64,000 bases of DNA from Lysobacterales bacterium (GTDB lineage Bacteria; Pseudomonadota; Gammaproteobacteria; Xanthomonadales; Ahniellaceae). This document shows positions 56,639 to 64,000 of this stretch, in pieces (position 1 is the stretch's first letter; each line of letters starts with the position of its first letter). The notes beneath the pieces are model-generated. The model did not search any database. It was not told the DNA's origin and saw nothing but the letters and a program-made list of their open reading frames with translations. A program made the translations under genes and the position numbers. The stretch covers positions 3,665-67,664 of the forward strand of contig JBBQNY010000001.1 in NCBI GenBank assembly GCA_038330365.1. The letters are read 5' to 3'.

Positions 56639-57114
56639 TCGACGGGAGCACGCGCGGCGCGGGCGGATTTACGCAGCGACGCGGCGCTGGCGTAGGCGTC
56701 GGTCAGTTCGCCACGAACGATGTCGAGGCGCGCGAGCTGCACATCCACCGAGTGCTTGGACGACGCCAGGGCTCCGCGCGCAGTCTTCAGTTCGCGCAGG
56801 GAAGCGGCAGCGGAATGGTCCCGGATCCACAGGCGATGGGCGAGGACCTCACGCAGCGCCTGCTGGAAAGCGTCGCCCGCGTCGAGCGACGAATTGGCAT
56901 TGGCCGCCATCTCGCTGGGCAGGCGTCCCAGCATCTTCTGCAACTCGCCCATGCGCTCGCGGCAGCGCTGCAGGCTGACCTCAAGCGCGTCCGCACCATC
57001 GACCAGGCTCCGCTGCAGATTGCGGTGCGCCAACCGCCGCCAGCCGAGCGTCAGGAAAACGATCGCCACCGCGGCCAACAGGAAGGTCACCACCATCCAA
57101 CCCACAACACCCAT
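56635..57114 (-). CDS. hypothetical membrane-anchored coiled-coil protein
   Basis: 159 aa with one N-terminal TM (VVGWMVVTFLLAAVAIVFLTL), then a helical Ala/Leu/Arg-rich region. Translationally coupled to maf. Confidence 0.65.
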   Translation of the reverse strand: MGVVGWMVVTFLLAAVAIVFLTLGWRRLAHRNLQRSLVDGADALEVSLQRCRERMGELQKMLGRLPSEMAANANSSLDAGDAFQQALREVLAHRLWIRDHSAAASLRELKTARGALASSKHSVDVQLARLDIVRGELTDAYASAASLRKSARAARAPVE

Positions 57115-57254
57115 CGATCTCTCCGCTCAAGAATCAAGCAGTGTGCCGCAGCCCTGCCTGTCGCGAAACCGGCCCGGCTCAGGCCGCGGTCACGTCATAA
57201 TAAAAAACATTAGAAACACACTGTAATGCATTGATAAATAAATAACATGAGCAG

Positions 57255-57282
57255 AAAAAAGGCCCGGATACAATCCGGGCCC
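57255..57282 (-). terminator. rho-independent terminator of ssrA
   Basis: On the minus strand: GGCCCGGA-uugua-UCCGGGCC followed by UUUUUU, beginning 7 nt after the tmRNA CCA end. Confidence 0.8.
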
Positions 57283-57288
57283 TGAAGT

Positions 57289-57645
57289 TGGTGGAGGCGG
57301 CGGGAATCGAACCCGCGTCCGAGAATGCTCTATCCCCAGATCTACATGCTTAGCGCGGCGTTTGATCTCATCCGACGGAAACACGACGCGCGAAGCACTC
57401 CGGCGGACCAGTTCGTTAAGTTTTAGCTGCCGACCGACAAACCGCAGTCTGCTCGCGATCCCGTGTAAATGACCGAAGGCTCACCCGCACGGACACAGGT
57501 GGCAATCGGGTCACGCGGCCTTAGGCCGCGAGAGCGTAGACGTCGTCGTTGGCGTCTGAGTTTTTGCCGCTGGATTAACGAGGAAAGCTGCCCCCTCGGC
57601 ATGCACCAAGTGATTTCGCTACCCCCGTCGAAGCCGATCGCCCCC
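57289..57645 (-). ncRNA. ssrA: tmRNA (SsrA), tag reading frame ANDDVYALAA
   Basis: 5' GGGGGCGATCGGCTTCGACGGGGG..., 3' ...GGACGCGGGTTCGATTCCCGCCGCCTCCACCA. The acceptor stem has a G3:U pair. The tag ORF GCC AAC GAC GAC GTC TAC GCT CTC GCG GCC TAA lies at 57553..57521. It sits next to smpB. Confidence 0.95.
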
Positions 57646-57667
57646 GGGTGAGTTTCGTCACGGGACC

Positions 57668-57695
57668 AGTATAGGGGCAGAAGTCGGCCGCTCAA
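57668..57695 (-). promoter_or_regulatory. candidate sigma-70 promoter of ssrA
   Basis: Minus strand: TTGAGC (57695-57690), 16 nt, TATACT (57673-57668). The -10 ends 22 nt upstream of the mature 5' end. Confidence 0.5.
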
Positions 57696-57804
57696 GGCAA
57701 CGTCGATCCTGCGTTCATCGCACATCGCGTTTTTTCGAGCGCAACCGATCCGACCGGGGCAGCGGGGCACTGACTCCCGTTCACGACATGGCTCCCCGAA
57801 AACC

Positions 57805-58317
57805 CTAGCTCGCGCGGTTGTGCGAGCGCATGACGCGCAGCTTGTCGCGCTGCCAGTCGCGTTCCTTTTCGACGTCGCGCTTGTCGTGCTCCTGCTTGCC
57901 CTTGGCGAGTCCGAGTTCCAGCTTCACCCGGTTTTTCGACCAGTACATGGCGGTCGGCACCAGGGTGAATCCCTTGCGCTCCACCGCTCCGATCAACTCG
58001 TCGATCTGGCCGCGATGCAGGAGCAGCTTGCGGGTGCGCCGGGCCTCGGGTACGACGTGGGTGGACGCGGACAGCAGCGGCGCGATCTGCGCGCCGAACA
58101 GGAAGATCTCGCCCTCGCGGATGACCGCGTAGGCGTCGGTCAGCTGACCCTTGCCGGCGCGCAGGCTCTTGATCTCCCAGCCTTCCAGCACGATCCCGGC
58201 CTCGAAGCGCTCGTCGATATGGAACTCGTACCGCGCACGCTTGTTGAGCGCGATCGTGCCGCCCCGGCCGCTGTCACCCGCGGTCTTTGCGCCCTTGCTG
58301 CCTGCCTGCTTCGCCAT
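57805..58317 (-). CDS. smpB: SsrA-binding protein
   Basis: ATG at 58317 (MAKQAGSK...). [32 protein letters not shown]...LLLHRGQI. The track start 58347 is 10 codons longer. Confidence 0.93.
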   Translation of the reverse strand: MAKQAGSKGAKTAGDSGRGGTIALNKRARYEFHIDERFEAGIVLEGWEIKSLRAGKGQLTDAYAVIREGEIFLFGAQIAPLLSASTHVVPEARRTRKLLLHRGQIDELIGAVERKGFTLVPTAMYWSKNRVKLELGLAKGKQEHDKRDVEKERDWQRDKLRVMRSHNRAS

Positions 58318-58400
58318 GCCTGACCTATTCAATGTGGAGAACGCCAAGGGCGCCTTCTCCTACTAGACTTCCAGCTTGTTCCCACGTTTTGACCGCATTC

Positions 58401-58838
58401 TTGAGTCGAATCAAGCGACAGGCCCTGGTATCGCTGCCCGCCGAGCGGATGTTCGCGCTGGTCAATGACGTGGCAGCGTACCCGAAGCATTTCGACTGGT
58501 GCGACGCGGCCTCGGTGTCGAAGGATGCCTCGGGCGCCGTATTGGCACATTTGTCGGTCCGCTTCAGCGGTGTCGCTGCGTCCTTCACCACCCGCAATCG
58601 CGCCGAGGCTCCGGGCAGAATCCACCTCGAACTCGTCGAGGGGCCGTTCCGCCGACTTGATGGTGAATGGCGCTTCATCGCGCTGGCGGAGGATGCCTGC
58701 CGGGTCGAGCTGGATCTTGAGTTCGGCTTCGCCGGCAATCTGATCGGGTCGGCGCTGGCAATCGGTTTCCGTTCCTTCGCCGACCGGCTGGTGCAGGAAT
58801 TCGTGCGCGCGGCGCGGGTGTTCGAGGGTCCGGAGTGA
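58401..58838 (+). CDS. ratA: RatA-family SRPBCC protein (ribosome association toxin / CoQ-binding type)
   Basis: The TTG at 58401 gives (M)SRIKRQALVSLPAERMFALVNDVAAYPKHFDWC, which aligns with E. coli RatA MPQISRTALVPYSAEQMYQLVNDVQSYPQF. Confidence 0.85.
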   Translation: MSRIKRQALVSLPAERMFALVNDVAAYPKHFDWCDAASVSKDASGAVLAHLSVRFSGVAASFTTRNRAEAPGRIHLELVEGPFRRLDGEWRFIALAEDACRVELDLEFGFAGNLIGSALAIGFRSFADRLVQEFVRAARVFEGPE

Positions 58839-59143
58839 GCGGCGCGTGGATTGAAGTGGAACTCGCCTGCGCCGGTCCCGAGAACCAGTCGGCGGTATTT
58901 CTGACTCTTCCTGCAGGCGCCCGGGTGGCGGACGCCATCGCAGCGGCGCCGACCCATGCACTGCCTCCGGGCGGTCGCGATCAGGATTTCTCGGGTCGGG
59001 TAGGCGTATTCGGCCAGCGCTGCAGCCTGGAGCGTGAACTCTCACCTGGCGATCGGGTGGAGTTCTACCGGCCGCTTGAGCTGGACGCCAAGGCCGCGCG
59101 TCGGCAGCGCGCGCGGGAAAGCCGGATCAAAGCTGCATCCTGA
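58835..59143 (+). CDS. rnfH: RnfH-family ubiquitin-fold protein
   Basis: The GTG start overlaps the ratA stop (GTGA). VGVFGQRCSLERELSPGDRVEFYRPL is the RnfH C-terminal pattern. Confidence 0.85.
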   Translation: MSGAWIEVELACAGPENQSAVFLTLPAGARVADAIAAAPTHALPPGGRDQDFSGRVGVFGQRCSLERELSPGDRVEFYRPLELDAKAARRQRARESRIKAAS

Positions 59144-59148
59144 GCGAT

Positions 59149-59565
59149 CTACTCAGCCTTGCGGCGCTTCTTGCCGGTATCGGGTGTTTCGTCGTCGAAG
59201 GTGGCGCCCGCCTTGCGCAGCCTGAGATTCTCCTTCAGGAGTTCGGCGTCCTGCTCGGAAAGATAGTCGCCCTCGATGGTCACGAGTGCATCATTCTCGA
59301 AACGCAGGCTCAGATTCTTGAGCTCAGCCTCTCGGCCCCGTCGGCTGACACTGGTGGTGTAGTTCCACTGGTCCTGATCGAAGGGGCTGACGATGGACGG
59401 CGTGCCGAGCAGCAGGGAAACCTGCCGTTTGGTCATGCCCACCTCAACTTCCTTGACGCGATCAGCGTCGAGCAGATTGCCCTGGGGCACGGTGACTTTG
59501 TAGATCAGGCCGCAGCCGCCGAGGGCCGCGATCAACACAAACATCAGAAGCGTACGCAGCAGCAT
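59149..59565 (-). CDS. bamE: outer membrane protein assembly factor BamE (SmpA/OmlA)
   Basis: The ATG at 59565 gives MLLRTLLMFVLIAALGGCG (lipobox), then VPQGNLLD...VGMTKRQVSLLLGTP. The rest of track ORF 59149..60156 is antisense to fur. Confidence 0.9.
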   Translation of the reverse strand: MLLRTLLMFVLIAALGGCGLIYKVTVPQGNLLDADRVKEVEVGMTKRQVSLLLGTPSIVSPFDQDQWNYTTSVSRRGREAELKNLSLRFENDALVTIEGDYLSEQDAELLKENLRLRKAGATFDDETPDTGKKRRKAE

Positions 59566-59691
59566 TGATCGGGAATTCCAGAGGCGCGAAGGCCGCGAAT
59601 GATACACTGGGCAGCGTCCTTGGCGCCGCATCCGACCCGGCACTACCCGGATGCGCAATCCGTCCGTTGCAGCCCTCTGGAGACTGACCCC

Positions 59692-60117
59692 TTGGAATCG
59701 CAGGACCTGCGCAGGGCCGGGCTCAAGGTCACGCTGCCGCGCATGCGCATTCTCGAGATTCTCGAGTCCGCCGGCGAGCGGCACATGTCGGCTGAAGACA
59801 TCTTCCGGGAATTGCTCGAACATCGGGACGACATCGGACTGGCCACGGTCTATCGCGTATTGACCCAGTTCGAGGCAGCGGGGCTGGTGCTCAAGCACAA
59901 TTTCGAGGGCGGCCAGGCCGTATTCGAGATCGACAGCGGCAAGCATCACGACCATATGGTCGATCTGGACACCGGCAAGGTCGTCGAATTCACGAGCGAG
60001 GAGATCGAGCGCCTCCAGCACGAGATCGCCGCGCGTCACGGCTACGACATCGAAGACCATAGTCTGGTGCTGTACGTCCGGGCTCGCCGCAAGTCCCGCT
60101 CCGACAAAGGTCGCTGA
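59692..60117 (+). CDS. fur: ferric uptake regulator
   Basis: LRRAGLKVTLPRMRILEIL...GLATVYRVLTQFEAAGLV...HHDHMVDLDTGKVVEF is Pseudomonas-type Fur. The TTG at 59692 with GGAG 9 nt upstream reproduces the conserved N-terminus. The track start ATG 59599 adds 31 non-conserved residues. Confidence 0.88.
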   Translation: MESQDLRRAGLKVTLPRMRILEILESAGERHMSAEDIFRELLEHRDDIGLATVYRVLTQFEAAGLVLKHNFEGGQAVFEIDSGKHHDHMVDLDTGKVVEFTSEEIERLQHEIAARHGYDIEDHSLVLYVRARRKSRSDKGR

Positions 60118-60194
60118 GCTTCGCGGGGGATCGCGTCTCCTTCCGGGAGACGGCAATTCGAAGAGGTGATGTTGGGCGGTGCAGGGACAGTTGC

Positions 60195-61904
60195 TCAGGC
60201 AGGGTCGCGGGAGGCGGCGCTGGCTGCGGCGTTGCGCAGCATGCTGCGCGCATGGGCCAGCGTTTCACTGCGAAGTTCAATGCCGCCCATCATGCGCGCG
60301 ATCTCGTTGGGGCGCTCCGCGACCTTCAGGGTCCGCATGTCCGTGAGCGTGCTGCCGTCCTGCTCGGCCTTGCTCGCCACGAGGTGATGGTCAGCCTGTG
60401 CGGCTACCTGCGCCAGGTGCGTCACTGACAGCACCTGGGCGCGTTCGGCAAGCCGGTGCAACAGGCGTCCCACGACTTCTGCGACGGCGCCACCAATGCC
60501 GCTGTCGACTTCGTCGAATATCAGTGTCGGAGCGGGTCGCTGCGCACGCGCCGCAACCTGCAGCGCCAAAGCAATGCGCGAGAGCTCGCCGCCGGAGGCG
60601 ACCTTCCGCAGCGGCCGCAGCGGTTGCCCGGCATTTGCGCTGACCTGCATTTCCACGCTGTCGGCCCCGTGCATCACCGGTGCATCGCTAGCGGTGGTCT
60701 CGATCTCGATGGCGAAGCGTCCGCCCGCCATTCCGAGTTGTGCCATCAGCGTTCCCGTATCACGCGACAGGGCGGCTGCAGCTTCGCGCCGCGCCGCCGA
60801 AAGCCTGGCCGCCGCCGCGCGGTATTCCTGCACGACGCTTTCCTGCTGCGTGCGCAGCGCGTCAATGGTCGCGGCGGCGCTGCGGACTTCCTCGCACCGC
60901 TCGCGCAGGTCAGCGCGCAGCGCGGCAAGGTGCTCGGGCTTTGATCGGTGCTTGCGAGCGAGCGCGTGCAATTCGGTCAGACGACGATCCATCTCCTCCA
61001 GCTGGGACGGGTCGGCCTCCTGCCGGTCGAGGTAACGGTTCAGTTCGAGCGAGGCGTCATCGGCCCCCGTCGAGGCTTGCATCAGAGCGTCGCGCACGGC
61101 CGTCAGCGAGGGATCGACGGCAAGCAGCGACCCGGTGAGTGCGAGTGCTGCAGCGACGCGACCGGAGATGCCAGCACCGTCGCTGCCGCTGCCGCCTTCG
61201 AGCATTGATGTGAGTTGCCGGGTCCCGTCCAGCAGATCCTGGAAATGCGCGGCGCGACGGTGGTCAGTAGCCAGTTGTTCGAGCGCGTCGGGATCGAGCT
61301 CGAAACCCTCGAGCTCTGCGAGCTGGTGCTCCATCAGTTCCATCGCTGCGGCGTCGGTCGCGCCCAGTGCATCCAGCTCTGCCAGGCGGCGTTCGCCCTG
61401 ACGCCACCGCACCGTGGCTTCCGCCACCTCCGACAGCAGCGCGTCGTGACCGGCGACGCTGTCGAGCATCGCCATCTGCCTTCTTCGTTCCAGCAGCGAC
61501 TGGTGCTCGTGCTGGCCGTGAATCTCGATCAGATGCGATGCCAGCTCACGCAGCAGGGAGACGCTCACGCTGCGGTCGTTGATGTATGCACGCGAGCCGC
61601 CATCCGCGCGCAAGGTCCGTCGGAGACGGCAGGCGTGTCCTTCCTCCTCCAGCTCGTGGCTGCAGAGCCAGGCGCGGGCATCTGCCAGTTGGGAAACATC
61701 GAACTCGGCTTCGATTTCCGCCCGCGCCGCTCCCTCGCGGACCCACGAGGTATCGCCGCGGGCGCCCGCGATCAGCGACAGCGCGTCGACAATCAGCGAC
61801 TTGCCGGCCCCGGTCTCGCCCGTGACCACGCTGAAGCCGGCCGCAAACTCGATCTCGATGCGGTCGACAATGGCGAAGTCCCGCACACTCAGAAGCTGCA
61901 ACAT
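60195..61904 (-). CDS. recN: DNA repair protein RecN
   Basis: The ATG at 61904 gives MLQLLSVRDFAIVDRIEIEFAAGFSVVTGETGAGKSLIVDAL. The signature motif ASGGELSRIALAL and Walker B LIFDEVD are present. Confidence 0.95.
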   Translation of the reverse strand: MLQLLSVRDFAIVDRIEIEFAAGFSVVTGETGAGKSLIVDALSLIAGARGDTSWVREGAARAEIEAEFDVSQLADARAWLCSHELEEEGHACRLRRTLRADGGSRAYINDRSVSVSLLRELASHLIEIHGQHEHQSLLERRRQMAMLDSVAGHDALLSEVAEATVRWRQGERRLAELDALGATDAAAMELMEHQLAELEGFELDPDALEQLATDHRRAAHFQDLLDGTRQLTSMLEGGSGSDGAGISGRVAAALALTGSLLAVDPSLTAVRDALMQASTGADDASLELNRYLDRQEADPSQLEEMDRRLTELHALARKHRSKPEHLAALRADLRERCEEVRSAAATIDALRTQQESVVQEYRAAAARLSAARREAAAALSRDTGTLMAQLGMAGGRFAIEIETTASDAPVMHGADSVEMQVSANAGQPLRPLRKVASGGELSRIALALQVAARAQRPAPTLIFDEVDSGIGGAVAEVVGRLLHRLAERAQVLSVTHLAQVAAQADHHLVASKAEQDGSTLTDMRTLKVAERPNEIARMMGGIELRSETLAHARSMLRNAAASAASRDPA

Positions 61905-62033
61905 TCCCGGATCCGACGCGTCGATGAGATGGACGGCCTGCGATGTTAGCGAAAGGCACGCACGGGAGCCGCAACGTCCCGGATAGAGGCCCCCTTCCTG
62001 GGCGCCGCATCGAAGATGCCGTCGACGCGCGCC

Positions 62034-62060
62034 ATTGCCACGCGGCGAATGCGCCCATAT
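62034..62060 (+). promoter_or_regulatory. weak sigma-32-like promoter candidate upstream of hrcA
   Basis: ATTGCCA, 12-13 nt, GCCCATAT, compared with the consensus CTTGAAA-N13-14-CCCCATNT. It lies 55 nt upstream of the hrcA ATG. The -35 is poor. Confidence 0.3.
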
Positions 62061-62114
62061 GTAGGACACTGCAGCGCGGCGGACCCGTGCTTCTCCCTAC
62101 TTGCGGAAACCGAG

Positions 62115-63170
62115 ATGTCGCCCAAGACCGAGAATCAGCTCGACCCGCGCGCCCGCCATCTGCTGCGGGCGCTCGTGGCCCAGTATGTACGGGACGGCCA
62201 GCCGGTCGGCTCGCGCACGCTGGCGCAAGCCTGTGGTCTCGACGTCAGTCCCGCGACCATCCGCAACGTGATGGCGGATCTCGAGGAATCCGGGTTCCTG
62301 TCGGCCGCGCATACGTCCGCCGGCCGCATACCCACACCCCGCGGTTATCGACTCTTCGTGGATTCGCTGCTGCAGATGCAGCCGCTGGGCGAGGCCGACA
62401 TGGAGTCAATCCGCCGACAACTGCCGCCCACGGCGGGCACTTCCGACCTGCTCGCCAGCGTATCGAACATGCTTTCGGGCATCACGCGGTTCGTCGGGAT
62501 CGTGACGGTGCCGCGGCGCGAGCACTTCGCGTTCCGGCACATCGACTTTGTGGCGCTCGACGCGACGCGGGTGATGGTGATCCTCGTATTCACCGATCAG
62601 GAGGTCCAGAACCGCATCGTGGAACTGGCGCGGCCGCTGGCCACCGGAGAGCTTGAGTGGATCGCGAACTATCTCAACGCCAACTTCGCCGGCTTGACGC
62701 TTGACGAGATCCGGCGGCGGCTGGTGCGCGAGCTGGACGGCGACCGCGTCCGGCTGGATCGGATGATGGCCGCGACCGTGTTGCTCGCTGACGCGGCGCT
62801 TCGTCCCGAGGGCGACACCGACGTGGTCATGACCGGGCAGAACAATCTGCTCGGCGTGCAGGAACTCTCGGACATCGATCGACTGCGCGAGCTGTTTGAT
62901 GCCTTCGCGCGCAAGCAGGACCTGCTGCGCGTGCTGGAGGGCTGTATCCATGCTGACGGCGTGCGCCTATTCATCGGCGAGGAGTCGGGCGTGGCGTCGC
63001 TGGAACAGTGCAGCGTGGTGGCGACGCCGTATGGCGCCGGCGGCAAGGTGCTCGGTGTGCTGGGCGTCATCGGACCCACGCGCATGCGCTACGAGCGCGT
63101 CATTCCGGTCGTGCAGGCGACCGCCCAGGCGCTGTCGCAGGCCTTGAACGTGGCGGCGCCGACCCCATAG
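62115..63170 (+). CDS. hrcA: heat-inducible transcription repressor HrcA
   Basis: ATG at 62115. LDPRARHLLRALVAQYVRDGQPVGSRTLA...VSPATIRNVMADLEESGFL...HTSAGRIPT. Confidence 0.93.
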   Translation: MSPKTENQLDPRARHLLRALVAQYVRDGQPVGSRTLAQACGLDVSPATIRNVMADLEESGFLSAAHTSAGRIPTPRGYRLFVDSLLQMQPLGEADMESIRRQLPPTAGTSDLLASVSNMLSGITRFVGIVTVPRREHFAFRHIDFVALDATRVMVILVFTDQEVQNRIVELARPLATGELEWIANYLNANFAGLTLDEIRRRLVRELDGDRVRLDRMMAATVLLADAALRPEGDTDVVMTGQNNLLGVQELSDIDRLRELFDAFARKQDLLRVLEGCIHADGVRLFIGEESGVASLEQCSVVATPYGAGGKVLGVLGVIGPTRMRYERVIPVVQATAQALSQALNVAAPTP

Positions 63171-63237
63171 CGCCGGTTCGATTTACGCAACCCATTATTG
63201 CTTCCCGCAACCCATCTTGAAAACGGACAGGTCAATC

Positions 63238-63747
63238 ATGCCGAACACTTCCCCGGATCAACCCATCGAAGAGGAAGCAGTGCCTGCACTCGATGCCGAT
63301 GAGCTTGCTGCGGCAGACGAGATTGGCGAGCTGCTGAAATCGCGCGAAGAGTCGCTGCGCCTGCTGGCCGAGATGGACAATCTTCGCAAGCGGGCGGCGC
63401 GTGAAGTCGAGGTGGCGCGCAAGTTTGCGGCGGAGCGCCTGCTCGAGGACCTGCTGCCGGTAATCGACAGCCTTGAGCGCGGCGTGAGTACCAGCGACGC
63501 CGATCCCGCCAAGGTTCGCGAGGGTCTGCGGTTGACGCTCTCGATGCTGCGCAATGCGCTCATCAAGCACGGCATGAAGGAAGTCGATCCCGCGGGGTCG
63601 AATTTTGACCCGGAGCTGCATCAGGCAATGAGCACGATTGCCGCAGGCGAGCTCGGTGCCGGGAAGGTCGCGCAGGTGTACCAGAAGGGCTACACGCTCA
63701 ACGATCGGCTGGTGCGACCGGCGCTGGTGGTAGTGACCGAGGGCTGA
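63238..63747 (+). CDS. grpE: nucleotide exchange factor GrpE
   Basis: ATG at 63238. LRLLAEMDNLRKRAAREVEVARKFAAERLLEDLLPVIDSLERG...GYTLNDRLVRPALVVV. Confidence 0.95.
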   Translation: MPNTSPDQPIEEEAVPALDADELAAADEIGELLKSREESLRLLAEMDNLRKRAAREVEVARKFAAERLLEDLLPVIDSLERGVSTSDADPAKVREGLRLTLSMLRNALIKHGMKEVDPAGSNFDPELHQAMSTIAAGELGAGKVAQVYQKGYTLNDRLVRPALVVVTEG

Positions 63748-63784
63748 GTCGGCTCCGGAAACACATCGCGCCCAGCGCCCCTGA

Positions 63785-64000
<216 letters not shown>

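Noticed and set aside
57190-57770. Small ORFs 57190..57384(-), 57423..57770(-) and 57469..57651(+)
   Set aside because: They lie within the tmRNA gene and its flanks, and the RNA gene explains the region.
59566-60156. Upstream two-thirds of the 335-aa ORF 59149..60156(-)
   Set aside because: It is antisense to fur. A lipoprotein signal peptide with a lipobox begins at the internal ATG at 59565, which defines BamE.
62055-62075. SOS-box-like sequence upstream of recN (minus strand CTGCAGTGTCCTACAT, compared with CTGT-N8-ACAG)
   Set aside because: Only the CTG and TACA parts match, the final G is missing and the AT-rich core is absent. It lies ~155 nt from the recN start. It is not distinguishable from chance without a genome-specific LexA motif.
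61905-62114. CIRCE operator for HrcA in front of hrcA-grpE
   Set aside because: There is no TTAGCACTC-N9-GAGTGCTAA-like inverted repeat. The nearest fragment (GTTAGCGAAAGGCACGC at ~61944) lacks a partner arm.

Overview
High-GC (by eye about two-thirds G+C) gammaproteobacterial chromosomal segment. The gene order (serC-serA-pheA-hisC-aroA-cmk-rpsA-ihfB; dnaX-ybaB-recR; ssrA/smpB/ratA-rnfH/bamE/fur/recN/hrcA-grpE-dnaK) recalls Pseudomonas and Xanthomonadales/Nevskiales-type genomes. I call about 57 protein genes, tRNA-Ala(GGC), tRNA-Glu(UUC), tmRNA, two REP-like palindromic elements and one tandem-repeat array. I see no transposase, integrase, phage gene, CRISPR array or recognisable defence gene, so most of the window is core housekeeping. 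Best leads: (1) at the left edge, a tight operon of a flavoprotein reductase fused to two cNMP-binding domains and a 16-Cys four-cluster ferredoxin module, followed by a membrane protein with two HX13H helices (di-haem cytochrome b geometry) and then an FHA protein. A PilZ-like gene is transcribed divergently from it. (2) An ~11-kb locus (18.2-29.9 kb) arranged like a pha (polyhydroxyalkanoate) cluster but built around wax-ester/neutral-lipid enzymes: WS/DGAT, a two-domain fatty acyl-CoA reductase, a patatin lipase, ACBP, a TetR regulator, two phasins and a PHA-system protein. No PHA synthase is present. (3) A LexA homologue that has lost the Ser/Lys catalytic dyad, carries a ~150-aa Pro/Arg-rich N-terminal extension and is translationally coupled to an EamA transporter. 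(4) A ~155-bp tandem repeat array between tRNA-Glu and dnaX. (5) A ~66-bp AT-rich patch just 3' of ssrA. The many long ORFs antisense to real genes are treated as high-GC shadow ORFs. Several starts in the ORF track are GTG/TTG, and several track ORFs are over-extended at the 5' end. My coordinates use the start that best fits conserved N-termini.
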